Origin: Macrostomum lignano
Taxonomy: Eukaryota
Assembly: GCA_002269645.1 (NCBI GenBank)
Contig: NIVC01002898.1
Coordinates: 67,196-131,195 of the forward strand
Length of the DNA stretch: 64,000 bases
Direction: 5' to 3'
Below the pieces are notes generated by a model. It worked only from the letters and a program-made list of their open reading frames with translations. It did not search any database and was not told the origin of the DNA. Position numbers and translations under genes: made by a program. Below, one piece after another: positions 35,269-52,635 of this stretch; position 1 is the first letter of the stretch, and every line of letters starts with the position of its first letter.

Positions 35269-35751
35269 TTGATCAAGTGGGGGCTTTTTTGAGATTTTTA
35301 TCTTTAAATAGCCTATTGCACTACAGAAACAAGTAAAAACGAGCGATTTTTATGGTCAAATTTGAAGATTAAAAAAACTAAAACTTTAAAAAGTAGCCTA
35401 AATTAAAGAAAAAACTCATAAACACGGATGATGTTGTACAAATCTGAAATAATTTTTCTCTCAGGTAATCTTTATTCGAGTTACATACTTACAAAACAAA
35501 TTATTGTACAAATCAATTAGGCAATCTTTGCTAGACAGATATGCACGCATCATGGAATCATGCTTTGGCAGTGGCGCAGCTAAAAAGTATTTATTATTAC
35601 TTATATAACTTTCAGAGAAAAAATATTTGTGTACATGATTTTTGTTTTGTGGCTCTCGAAACTTAAACTGGATAGCTTATGTACTAACAGTAGTTAGTAA
35701 CCTCACTCAATTTAAACGAGTCCCTCTAATCAAAGAAGAGAATATAGATAG

Positions 35752-36187
<436 letters not shown>

Positions 36188-36540
36188 TTCCCCAGCTGCA
36201 AATTACCCAATATACTGCCAGCACATGCCAGATAAAAGTGCAAAAAGACACAGTAGGCCCATCGTAAAAAAACAGAAAATATGGAATCTGTCAATAATAA
36301 TGAGTACATTTAGACGCAACAGATGACTCGCAGTCAAACAGTGCCTATTATTATTGGAGGTAGTAATCAATGATTTCTGTTCGCAAAATAAATCAGTACA
36401 GTACTTTAAGTTTGAATTGCTTGTGATTTGCAAAACCAATGCACTTCCAATTTGATTAATAGAAAAAATTCAGAGACCATAAGGTTATAAAATTATTAAT
36501 TATTCATCTATTAAAGTTGGTGAATAGACTCAAGTCATGC

Positions 36541-41254
<4,714 letters not shown>

Positions 41255-44200
41255 TTCTTTGCCTAGGTTGTATTTTCTCTAGAGGACCCTCAGACTCGCT
41301 GGTTTCCTATTGAAGATTTCTCCGGCATTAAAAACAGAAGTTGAAAAAAGACACTCATTTTAACCCTAAATACAGTAAATAGCGGAAGTCAAATTTAGCT
41401 GACATGTCAGCTTCTATAAATACAGATTATTGATAAAGCTTATTTACTATTTATTGAACAGCATTGATAAGTGGTAAGTGGAAAAAAGATAACAAAAAGA
41501 TGATTTTATAATCAGTTTTTTTAAACTGTAGCACAACTCTAGCTAGGACCCCTGGTTTGAATCTGTGAGTGGCCAAATACCTTGAGCCTGTGTGGGCGTG
41601 TGTATGAGTGCCTGCCTGTGTACAGTATTGGAGCACTTGTGTGTACTCAGAAGTCAGCAGAATGATGCAAGATACGTAGCTAAGCCGATTTTCTATAATT
41701 AACTAACTAGGCCTAGTGGCTTCAGCTTTGAGTTTTTTATTGAGTTTTTTATTGAGTTTATTGAGTTTTTTATTTTTTATATGTTTTCCTTGTGGCCCAT
41801 TTGCATTTCTATTTAACCCACCTTCCTTTACTTTTTTTAACACTCACTTTCTCCTCTCTCTCTCTCGCTCTCTTGCCCTTTTCTCCTTTTCTACATTTCA
41901 AACTTGCTTATTTGCCTTTGCTTTCTTTTCTTGGTTCTTGGCTGTTTCTATATTTATACTTACTTTAGCACTTGAGTTCCTTTTAAATTAGCCTCTTTGC
42001 ACTACCATCACCTCCCATTTATCACTTGTTATCAGCTCGGAACTGAAAATTATTAACAATAAATAATGATGCACATCAATTTATATTTATTCTTTGACCA
42101 ATAAAACCATAGATTTATCTTAACTACACTTGTACTTTACCCATAGGGCAAAAAATAACCCATTCTCAACTCTAAGCAAGCTCTAAGAATCTAAGTCTCC
42201 ATAATACAATAATTATAGTTGTGGCAATATCACACTACTATTAGTAAGCTTTAACACAATTGATGCATTATTTTTGTATCTAATAACCAGAGAATAACTG
42301 CAGTACTGCACCCAATTTCCAACTATTCAACTACAACTTCAACTACCTCCCCTTAGAATTGGGAACCTTGGTAGATGGAGTAAACTTGGCAGATTTTTTT
42401 ATTGAACTGCATGATTTTTGTGCAAACTTAAATGATGGCAACAATTCAAATTTGCTAAACCACCCCAACTTTAAAATGACAGCAACCATTTATCAATAAT
42501 TTTTTCCCAAACTGACTTCATCTCACTTTTTTCTTTTTTCACTTTTGGCCTTGCTCTTTTGATATAATCTAAGATTTTTGCTCATTTTGCTAAATATATG
42601 AGTCATGACCAAAAAGTTTTGATAATTCCCTTAAATATAAGCAAGCCTTAGATATAGTTTCCTATAGACTCAATTTGAAATGTTTGAAAACAAAAAATGT
42701 ATATTTTATAAAATTAAACTCAAGACTTTATATTAAAAAAAATATTAATATAGGACTCAATCTAGTCTAGACAAAAGTTTTATAAGTGCTACAGGGGTCT
42801 TGGGAGAGGGAAGTTATCCTATTGCTGACACCAAATTTGTTGTAGGGTTCTTTTCTCTTTACTGAAATCTCACTGCTTGCTACCAAAACTGTTGTAGGGG
42901 GGGGGGGTCGAGGGTTATTGGGAATTTTCAGGGTTTTCTTAGAATTCGGGGCGAACTGCGCAATTTATACTACTAACAGGAGTAAGCCGTAGGTTGCTCC
43001 TGGTGGCGTGGTGTGTCCGAGCGGCAAGACACCATTTCTATTCTCAGTCCGGGAAATATAGATGGGAGAGGGGAATTAAGGGCTTCGCGATGGATCGGAG
43101 TTGCCTGGGAAAGCGTACTAATGGGGAATTTCTAAATACTAATAGGGAATGCTGACAGCATTAGATAAGAAGGCAATCTGCCTAATGAATGTGGGAAATT
43201 TCGACTAGGAAGGGTTGGGATTGGGAGCGGGGATGCCGGGGGGGGGGCAGACTGTATGTCTGAGGGAATAAGGCTGTACACCTGAGCAGACAGACTGTCC
43301 ACTAAAAGGGGGGAGGGGCAGAAGCAGCGGGCGCCAGTTCTGCTGGGAGAAGGGAAAGAGACAAAACTCGGGGGGGGGGCAGGATTGAATGTCCCTGGGA
43401 AAGGGGGAAGAAGTTTTAAACACTTCTAACTGTACAAGCTTCGCAGGGGGAAAGGCGGAACGCCTTTAAATGACTAAGATGGAGCTATTTTTAGAACAGT
43501 GTTCAGTTACAACCGCTGAATAACTAGGCTAGCGGAGGTCTCAGCGAACAAAGCAGTTCAGCAGGGAGGAAGCGAGTGTTCCTTTTCTCGATTTATTTTC
43601 TTGCTTATATAGGATTTGCTAACAAAATGGCGGACGCATTTAAACTAATAAAACACTAGATTATATGGTAGGCTACTAATCGAAACTAACAATTACTACT
43701 AATGATAAAAAATATTTATTTATGTAGGCACAATAATTTCTTGTAGTTTTTAGAAAAATAGTTGTATTATACGTGAAATCAGTAGACAAAATAGACAAAA
43801 ATAGGCAAAGTAGGCAAAATAATAGGCAACTGTTACATAAGCTTTCAATAAACCAAAATGGCATCAATTCATATGCCAAAATATTTATATCAATTTAAAA
43901 GGATGTAGTTCATATATAAGAAAATTATAATAATATTTAGCTATCCTTCAGTTTCGTTCGTTTAATTATTTCTGGAATTATTTTGCCCTCTATTCAAGGG
44001 TGGTGGGGGGTGGGTGTTGGAATTAAACGAACAAAACTAGAAGATAGCCTAATATTTTAAAGTTTTTAATATGCCAAAAAATACTTATGTATGAATCAAC
44101 CACATAGTCTAGGTTAGCCATTTAACATGTACTGTTATGCTCAACTTTCAACCAGTATATATTGGAAAAAATATTAATTTGAAATATTAAAGACTCACAC

Positions 44201-44827
44201 AGCTAGAGCCTATAGGTATCTATATTATATGGGGTGGATAGGCCCATTAGATTTTTAAATCTTGAAGTCAAAAAGCGTGCACATTTTGAAAATATTTCAG
44301 CAAGTCAAAGATGTAATAAAATTGATTCTGACTTTTCCTAAATTGAGTTTTGACATTGAAATTGAAATTTATAAATCAGAAATGAGCCTACAGTACATAT
44401 TACAATGCCTTGTCTACTGCCTACTCTATTCTATCATTAAATATATAGAAAATCACGAATCATTATATCCAATATCCATATTCATACACCAATTAGCGAT
44501 AAAAGTGTGAGTTAGTACGTTAAAAATAGTCAACCGAATTAACATTTTAAGATAATTTCTACCTTCTTGGCTGGCTTCACGATTATATGAATCTATGCTA
44601 ATCGTTATACCAACGTTAGGTTAGCAGGAGCAGCCCATGAACACTGCTGGCGCAACAGTCTGAACATATGAATACGAGTACACGTGTATGAAGCTTATCT
44701 GACTTTGATCTTTTAGACTCTTATCTAGTTGGACCAACCTAACCTCAGGCCTCTCTTCCTGAGACCTCGTCTATCGTTCGTCACCTTAACAACAAGGCTC
44801 GACCCTCGAGCCTGGACCAATTGAAAA

Positions 44828-47800
44828 CAGCCGTATATACACGTTAGGCGGTATAGAACACGGCAAAAACCGCCTATAAGGCAGTCCGTATCATGCTATA
44901 TGATACAGTAGCATGCTATAGACCGCCTTTTTTATGCGCACAAGGGCCAAATATGGCACAAATTTGAACAGACGTTTTTGCTTATTTTTTAGTTCACTAA
45001 TGCAAAGTAGGCCTAGCGATTTTACTAACCTACTACGCTACTATTCTCTAGTACAGTATTTTAGTGTCACTAGAATGCTAGATAAATATTAGGTCAGGAT
45101 GACTTAGTTACAACTTACAAGTGTAAGTGTTAACATTTAACATTATTTTATGTAGGCCTACTAAGTACTAGCTGTTTATTATTTCCACAATATTAATAGG
45201 CCCAGCGAATTAATATTAGAACAGGAGGAGAACAATACGACTCGACTTAAAGTTCAATAAGTGAACTTGGATGGCGCTCAGTTTCAGTTTGTAGCTAGGC
45301 CTATGCACAATTTTGTAACTGAATGCAATAACTGTGTGACTAAGCTAGGCCTAGGGCTATATATTCAATATTCTTTTTTCTGAACCCTGAATCCTGAGTT
45401 TAGGAGAGAAACTATTTAGTAAAGCTAGCTATATTGATAGATATATTGAACAACCATAATTTAGGGTTCTAATATACTATACTAATAGCCTATTATATAT
45501 ATTCCATAAATGGATATATTTTTTATTTTTTATTTTATTGATAAATTGGGTTCTATTCTACTATTTTATGTTATAGGTTGAGCCTGAAATTAGTATTTAG
45601 TATTTAGAGGTTCTATATTTTTTTTAACCTTCCCTTTCCCCATAACCTGCTAGCCTTCCCTACATGGTTACACCCTACTGCCCTTGCTTTACCATATCTT
45701 ACCCTGATGGCCTTCCTACAACACTTGCTACCTTTTCTTATCAATACAAGCCTTTCCCATACCTTACTGCCCTTCATTGTCTTTTATGGGCCTTTTCCAT
45801 ACCCTGCTGTCTTTCACAAACCTTGCTGCTCTTCAATGTATCCTGCTTGGCCTTCATTGTATATTGTTGGCCTTCCCACATGGCCATACCTTGCTGGCTT
45901 TTCCCATATCCTGCTAGCCTTCCCCACACCCTACTGTCTTTCCCCATACCCTGCTGTCTTTCCCCTACCCTGCTGTCCTTCCCCACACCCTTGCCAGCCT
46001 TCCTTACTCCTTGCTAGATTTCCCCACACCCTGCCAGCTTCCCCACACCCTGCCAGCTTCCCCACATCCTGCTCGCCTTCCCTACTCCATGCTACCCTTC
46101 CCCACACCCTGCTGTCCTTCCCCACATCCTGCTGGCCTTCCCTACTCCCTGCTACCCTTCCCCACACCCTGCTGTCCTTCCCCATCAATGCAGGCCTTCC
46201 TCACTCCCTGCTGGCATTCCCCACACCCTGCCGGCCTTCCCCACATCCTGCTGGCCTTCCCTACTCCTTGCTACCCTTCCCCACACCCTGCCGGCCTTCC
46301 CCACATCCTGCTGGCCTTCCCTACTCCCTGCTACCCTTCCCCACACCCTGCTGTCCTTCCCCACACCCTGCTTGTCTTCACTACCAATGCAGGCTTTCCC
46401 TACACCCTGCTGTCCTTCCCCATACCCTGCTGTCTTTCCCCATACCCTGCTGTCTTTCCCCTACCCTGCTGTCCTTCCCCACACCCTGCCAGCCTTCCTT
46501 ACTCCTTGCTGGCTTTCCCCACACCCTGCTGGCTTCCTCACATCCTGCTAGACTTCCCCACACCCTGCCAGCTTCCCCACATCCTGCTGGCCTTCCCTAC
46601 TCCTTGCTACCCTTCCCCACACCCTGCCGGCCTTCCCCACACCCTGCTGGCTTTCCTTACTCCCTGCTACCCTTCCCCACACCCTGCCGGCCTTCCCCAC
46701 ACCCTGCTGGCTTTCCTTACTCCCTGCTACCCTTCCCCACACCCTGCTGTCCTTCCCCACACCCTGCTTGTCTTACACTACCAATGCAGGCTTTCCCTAC
46801 ACCCTGCTGTCCTTCCCCATCAATGCAGGCCTTCCTCACTCCCTGCTGGCATTCCCCACACCCTGCCGGCCTTCCCCACATCCTGCTGGCCTTCCCTACT
46901 CCTTGCTACCCTTCCCCACACCCTGCCGGCCTTCCCCACACCCTGCCGGCTTCCCCACTTCCTGCTGGCCTTCCCTACTCCCTGCTACCCTTCCCCACAC
47001 CCTGCTGTCCTTCCTCACACCCTGCTGTCCTTCCCCACACCCTGCTAATCTTCACTACCAATGCAGGCTTTCCCTACACCTTGCTGTCCTTCCCCATCAA
47101 TGCAGGCCTTTCCCACTCCCTTCTGGCATTCCCTACACCCTGCCGGCCTTCCCCACATCCTGCTACCCTTCCCCACACCCTGCCGGCCTTCCCCACCCCC
47201 TGCCGGCTTCCCCACTTCCTGCTGGCCTTCCCTACTCCCTGCTACCCTTCCCCACACCCTGCTGTCCTTCCCCACACCCTGCCAGCCTTCCCTACTGCTG
47301 GCCTTCCCTATTTCCTGCTACCCTTCCCCACACCCTGCCGGCCTTCCCCACACCCTGCTGGCCTTCCCCACACCCTGCCTGCTTCCCCTCATCCTGCTAG
47401 CCTTCCCTACTCCCTGCTACCCTTCCCCACACCCTGCCAGCCTTCTCTACTGCTGGCCTTCCCTATTTCCTGCTACCCTTCCCCACACCCTGCTGTCCTT
47501 CCCCACACCCTGCCTGCCTTCCCTACTGCTGGCCTTCCCTATTTCCTGCTACCCTTCCCCACACCCTGCCGGCCTTCCCCATACCCTGCTGTCATTTCCC
47601 ATACCCTGCCACTCTACCTCTCACAGGCTACCCCTCCCAGACAGCCCTCCCAGACAGCCCTCCTAGACAGCCCCTCCAGGCTAACCCGACTCTACCCCTC
47701 CCAGGCAGCCCTTCCGGGCTTCATCTCCCACTCAACCTCTTCCAGAAGCGGAGGACGATCGCAGGACTGTTTGCTGCCTGCCGCTTCAGCTGCAGTGACC

Positions 47801-47907
47801 GCCGGCTCAAGCGGAGGACGATCGCAGGACTGTCTGCTGCCTGCCGCTTCGGCTGCAGTGACCGCCGGCTCAAGCGGAGGACGATCGCTGCTCCGCGTGC
47901 TATCATC
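44828..47907 (+). repeat. Left inverted arm (3080 bp) of the foldback element
   Basis: Reverse complement of 56730-52636, apart from array copy number and one deletion of at least 421 bp. Confidence 0.93.
45640..47700. repeat. C-rich 19-20-bp composite minisatellite inside the left arm
   Basis: Variants CCTTCCCCACACCCTGCTGT, CCTTCCCTACTCCCTGCTAC, CCTTCCCCACATCCTGCTGG, CCTTCCCCATCAATGCAGG. Confidence 0.95.
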
Positions 47908-49522
47908 TACTAGTGTTGTGAGTGCTAAGGGCGATCGAAGGACTAATGAAGAAGCATATTATCCGATTTCTTTTAGAGGAGATCTATGCCAGTTATTTAT
48001 CTTCTCGTTTAATTAGCAGTGAGGAAAAAAAGACGACTATTATATGCTGCCGCTTATACACTCTACAATATCATCAGCAGAATACGTTAAATGAGGTCGT
48101 TTGAAACAAGAGTACGTAGATGGTAAGATGGCATGTATTTAGCAGTTTAGCTTCTTCCTAGTGAAATCAGTGAATTGTGTTGGTCGCTTACAGAACCTAT
48201 TCAGCTTCTCCGCTCATAGTCACTCCAGCATCAAGTGCTAACAATGCAGATTAGCTATGAACTGTATTGGAATGCTTTGCATCATGCATTTGCATTTTAA
48301 ATACAAGGACTTTTTCTCTCGTTCATTGGCAGGTATCAAGATGAGACAAAGCAATGTGCATTATGCTGCTGCCTATTCATAGGACGCAGAGTGCACGCAG
48401 GATCCTCTGAGGTGAAAGAAGACGACGGTGACGACTACGACATGTATGACTATTCAGCCACATTGGACAGAAATTAGCTGTTAGCCGACGTAGCCGTATA
48501 AATGTTTGGTCACACTTCTCTGTGCCCGTGGCGTATAGAACATTTAATCCGTGACTTCTTTGCACTATTGCACTACCATCAAACGCTGACGCTCTTTTTC
48601 TCGCTCTGTAATGCTGTAACCAGTTTTTTGTCCCCCCTTGTCGAGTTTGAGAGAACTATGCAGCGCATTTTTTCGACAAGAGTTTTTCATTGTCTTTTGT
48701 CAATGTGCAGTTTTACGAGTACATGTATATACTTAACTGAGTATTGTAAACATGTGCCTCTAAAATAAAACAGACTTCACTGCTTTTAACTATGCTTTTT
48801 ACGATAATTCGCTCTGTCATGTCCTGAAACATTCCTGTTTTATCGAATTCTCTTTTGATGATGACACAAATATGGTCACAAAGAATAGTGGGAGGTAGAG
48901 CCATATGGCGAGAGGTATAAAGTGATTTTACATGATTTTACATGATTTTACGAGAGGTATGATTTTACATTACAGTAGTCTCAATAGTTTATCTGCCCCT
49001 ATTGGCCTCCCTTTCTCCTTCTCGCCCTCTGTCTCTGCAGCACCTGTTGGTTAAAAATTAGAGGAAAGCTCGGCAAGAAAAGCCTCTGTGGAAAAGTCTC
49101 GTGCTCTCATAGCCTGACATCCTGCCACTTTTTAAATAGCCATGACTTTCCTGGTACATGGACATTTACATACGTAAGTTGTTTCCATCGGATTGAGACA
49201 TGATTTATAACTAGTATAGGTATATTAGTAATAGTAAATTCAGTCAGTCTTATCATATACGAGCAGTGGCGGATCTAGAATTTCATTTTGGGAGGGGGCG
49301 GTCCAAGTTTAGGAGGCCAACATGAGTAATGAGGGGCACCTATTATGAGGGGGTGCAAAAATGCTGTACTGCTGAAAATAACGAACGGGAAACACGGATT
49401 GCATGTTATTAATTTAAATACGTACGAGTATTTGATTTGAGAAGCACAATATATCGGGAAAAGTTTTGCCTTCTCTGTGACGTGCTTGGCAAGTGCACAT
49501 GCACTAGCTACATGGGGGGGGG

Positions 49523-49856
49523 TTCATAAGACCGAAATTTCACAACGCCGAAACCATACTTCACAAGACCGATACTTCATAAGACCGAAATTTCACAACG
49601 CCGAAAGCTCAAAATGCAGGGCACTTCACAAGACAGAAACTTCATAAGACCGAAGTTTCACAACCCCAAAGCTTAAAATACTGGGCCCTTCACAAGACTT
49701 GCGAACTTGCTGCCTTTTTTGCTGCCTCGTCGTTACCACGAAATACTTTTATTTGTAGTAACGAAGTTTGAACTTATGAAGTTTCGGTCTTGTGAAGTAT
49801 GGTGTTTCGGCGTTGTGAAATTTCGGTCTTATGAAGTTTCGGTCTTGTGAAGGATC
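49523..49856. mobile_element. Small foldback MITE with subterminal tandem repeats nested in the spacer; left end truncated
   Basis: TTCATAAGACCGAAATTTCACAACGCCGAAA repeats on the left and their reverse complements at about 49775-49856. The right terminus ...GTGAAGGATC has no left counterpart; a G9 run lies there instead. Confidence 0.55.
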
Positions 49857-52635
49857 GTGCAGCAGTTTTTGGCGTTTTCGTCGTTCGGCGGAGTTTTAAC
49901 AAAAGCTCTCAGCCAATCGGAAAATTCAGCGTGCGTTATAACAAATCGGCCGCGTGAGAGCTATAAAAGGCGGCAACTCTAACTGCGCTCGAAATATCTC
50001 CCGGTTTTTGTCCTTGCCAAGGCCTGGGGCGCTCAACTTGGCCTGATACTGCCTTCTGGCTCTTCCCCCTACGGTCCTGCCGATCTGATCCTCCTTCCCC
50101 CGGCAGTTTCGTCTTCAAAAGCTAAGTTCCCCCTGAGAAGCATCATCAATATCTCCCGGCAGTGATCTAAGAGTAGCAACGACAACCGGCAAGTGAGGAG
50201 CAACAGCGTCGCGCGTCAGTTAAGATCAGCAGCAGCATACCATCTGAGTGTTTCGGTCTCTGTGGATTCCTTGGCTACCGGCAGATAGGTCCTCCGATTA
50301 GTTGGGTGAGAGGCTCTTTTGACCTGCTTAACTGGGTGCACCCTTTGTCTAACCCCTTCCTAGGTAGTCTGATAGGATTTGCACTTTTGCTTACTTGCTT
50401 TTGTGTGCCAATCTCGAGGCAGAAGTGTTAGTTAATATTAAAAGTAGCCATTTGCTCTAACTCAATCTAAAGTGTTTAGGATTGCGGATTAAGTGAGAAA
50501 GTTAAATCTGGAAGTTAAAGACTTGGCGTTTTCTTTATTTTTCGCAACGCCAGCTGAGATGAGCAGCTAAATCTAGAGGCAGAGGTCACAGTGGACCGGA
50601 AGCGGCACAGTTCCCAGTCAATCAGTCGATCTAAGAAATCATTATGTTAAGCATGCAAATTAAGTGCCAGACTGGCGCTTTCGCACTGTCTCAGGCAGCT
50701 AAGCGGCTAAAACGAGATAAATATTAGTCTGAAGGTCTCCAAAAGTGACAATACATCTACATCATCGCTATCTGTCGACGTGTTAACGCACATTTAGTTC
50801 CAAAAGCGTGCAGTTACGTGTACTTATACATGTACTTCTGGGAATTTGGTAATGAAATAGTACATTTGGTAGTGTATAAAGGCTCGCCAGTGCAAGAACC
50901 CCCTGCAAAAGTCCTCTGTCCCTGCATGGCCAATGCGATCTTAGTCCCAGCAGCGTCCGTTCTATTCGGCTATGACTTCGAGATTTAGACAGCTAAAAGA
51001 CTAGATGGCAGGTAAGTGCAGTGCCCCTCTAGTCGGAAGTCCGATTTCGATAGCTCCGGTTTGGTGAGCCGGGGCGCACGGACTGGTGGCAGCGGGTTAG
51101 TTAATCTGCGGATTAGCTAATCTCTACCTTTCAAATTCTCCCTGCTTGTCTCTCGCTGTCTTCTCCTAGCTATAGGACCTTGCTGCTCGCCCACAATCTG
51201 GCTACCATGGGGCTGACCATCTGACAGGAGTGAGAGGCCAGAGTTCTAAGTGATTCATTTCCGAATTCTGAGGCCCGAAGCTATATAAGCTTAGAAAGGC
51301 CGAACCCATCAAATTGAAGAGAATGTCAGTTTTGATGAGCTACAGGTAAGTTTATCCCTTGCTCGAATTTCTACCGAGGAAAAAGCCTCTATTTACTACA
51401 TAAGTGGCTACGTTTACACACAAGCCTTCCTTAGGCTCAACCTCAGGGATCTTAAGAGCATTTACATGTACATGGGCCCTCTCCGGGCATGCATGGCTGC
51501 TTCTCTCGCCACCGCTTCCTTCAGGGCCAGGTACTTGAGGAGCCGTGCGCGGTGCCCCAAGCTTTTCTGCCGCTCAACAGGCAGTAAAAATGCAGAACAA
51601 TTTATCTGCCACTACCCGGTCTTCACCACTCACTCACCCCGGCCCAACTCTCCGACGCTTGCAGGCCCGAGAGCATATCGATGCTCACCCGGTACCGCGC
51701 TGCAAGCGAGACCGACGCCCCCGGAGGGACATCACTTCGATGGAAGTCATTCATGGTCGCCAGAGGCTAGCGGAATTGGGCGGTCTTCTTCGCCTCCTGA
51801 TTGCTGCATCCGCCGGATGATCTCCTCTGCAGCTAGGTCAAACATACTCGTGTGCATACTGGCACTAATCCATGATTGAACATACATGTAGGTGAAATAC
51901 TTGCGTGAGTTGCGTCAGTGTCAATACGCTCTTGCTCCAAAATACTTGAGCTCTTGTGCTAATCTCCATTCTAGCCGTGCTTGCTTTTGCTAGTGCGAGC
52001 TTGTTCATGCAACCCAATTTTGGTGCTATTTTTAAGCCTAGCTTACTTGAGGTAGCAAATTAGCCAGACTATGTGGATAGTTTGCCATTAGCTAAGGATA
52101 GTTTAACATTCTGAGCAGGATGAGAGACTTTTCAGGCCGCCGCGATCCGAAATTCAAACCGCGACTTGCAGTCTGGTCATTTCTTTTGCACGAACGAAAT
52201 TTCTCAAATAAGTGTAACACAAAGTGAAAAAATTAGAAAACTACTTGGACGATTTGACCTTTCAAAACTGCACTAAAATGCGTGGCGCAACAGCCAAATT
52301 ACCGGGTGACATCGGTCGAGAAAAAAGCTTTTTTATTTGTTATTCGGACAAAAAATAATTATAGCTCTCAATAAACGCAAAGGTAATGTGCCGCTTGGAT
52401 AGAAAAACTTTATGCAGCTACGCAAAAACAACTGAAGTAATGCGCGCAACATAGAGCTGCCCGCAAAAACTTCAGCTACACAGCAACTACAAACCGCTGG
52501 TACAGGACTGCGCATCGCCAGGGTGTGAGTCCCACGAACACGCATCACTTCAGACAATCGTTCAGGAAATAAACATAGTTATTAAATAACCCTCACTTTG
52601 CCACTGTTCGTTAAGGTCGAAACGGAACCGGACTG

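Noticed and set aside
42860-43640. GC-rich block with YY1-like GCCATTTT, a TATA box and TGGCGCCCG on the - strand as an LTR/PBS
   Set aside because: Only 9 nt of PBS-like match and no LTR boundaries, TSD or second copy. It could equally be the SLC46 upstream promoter.
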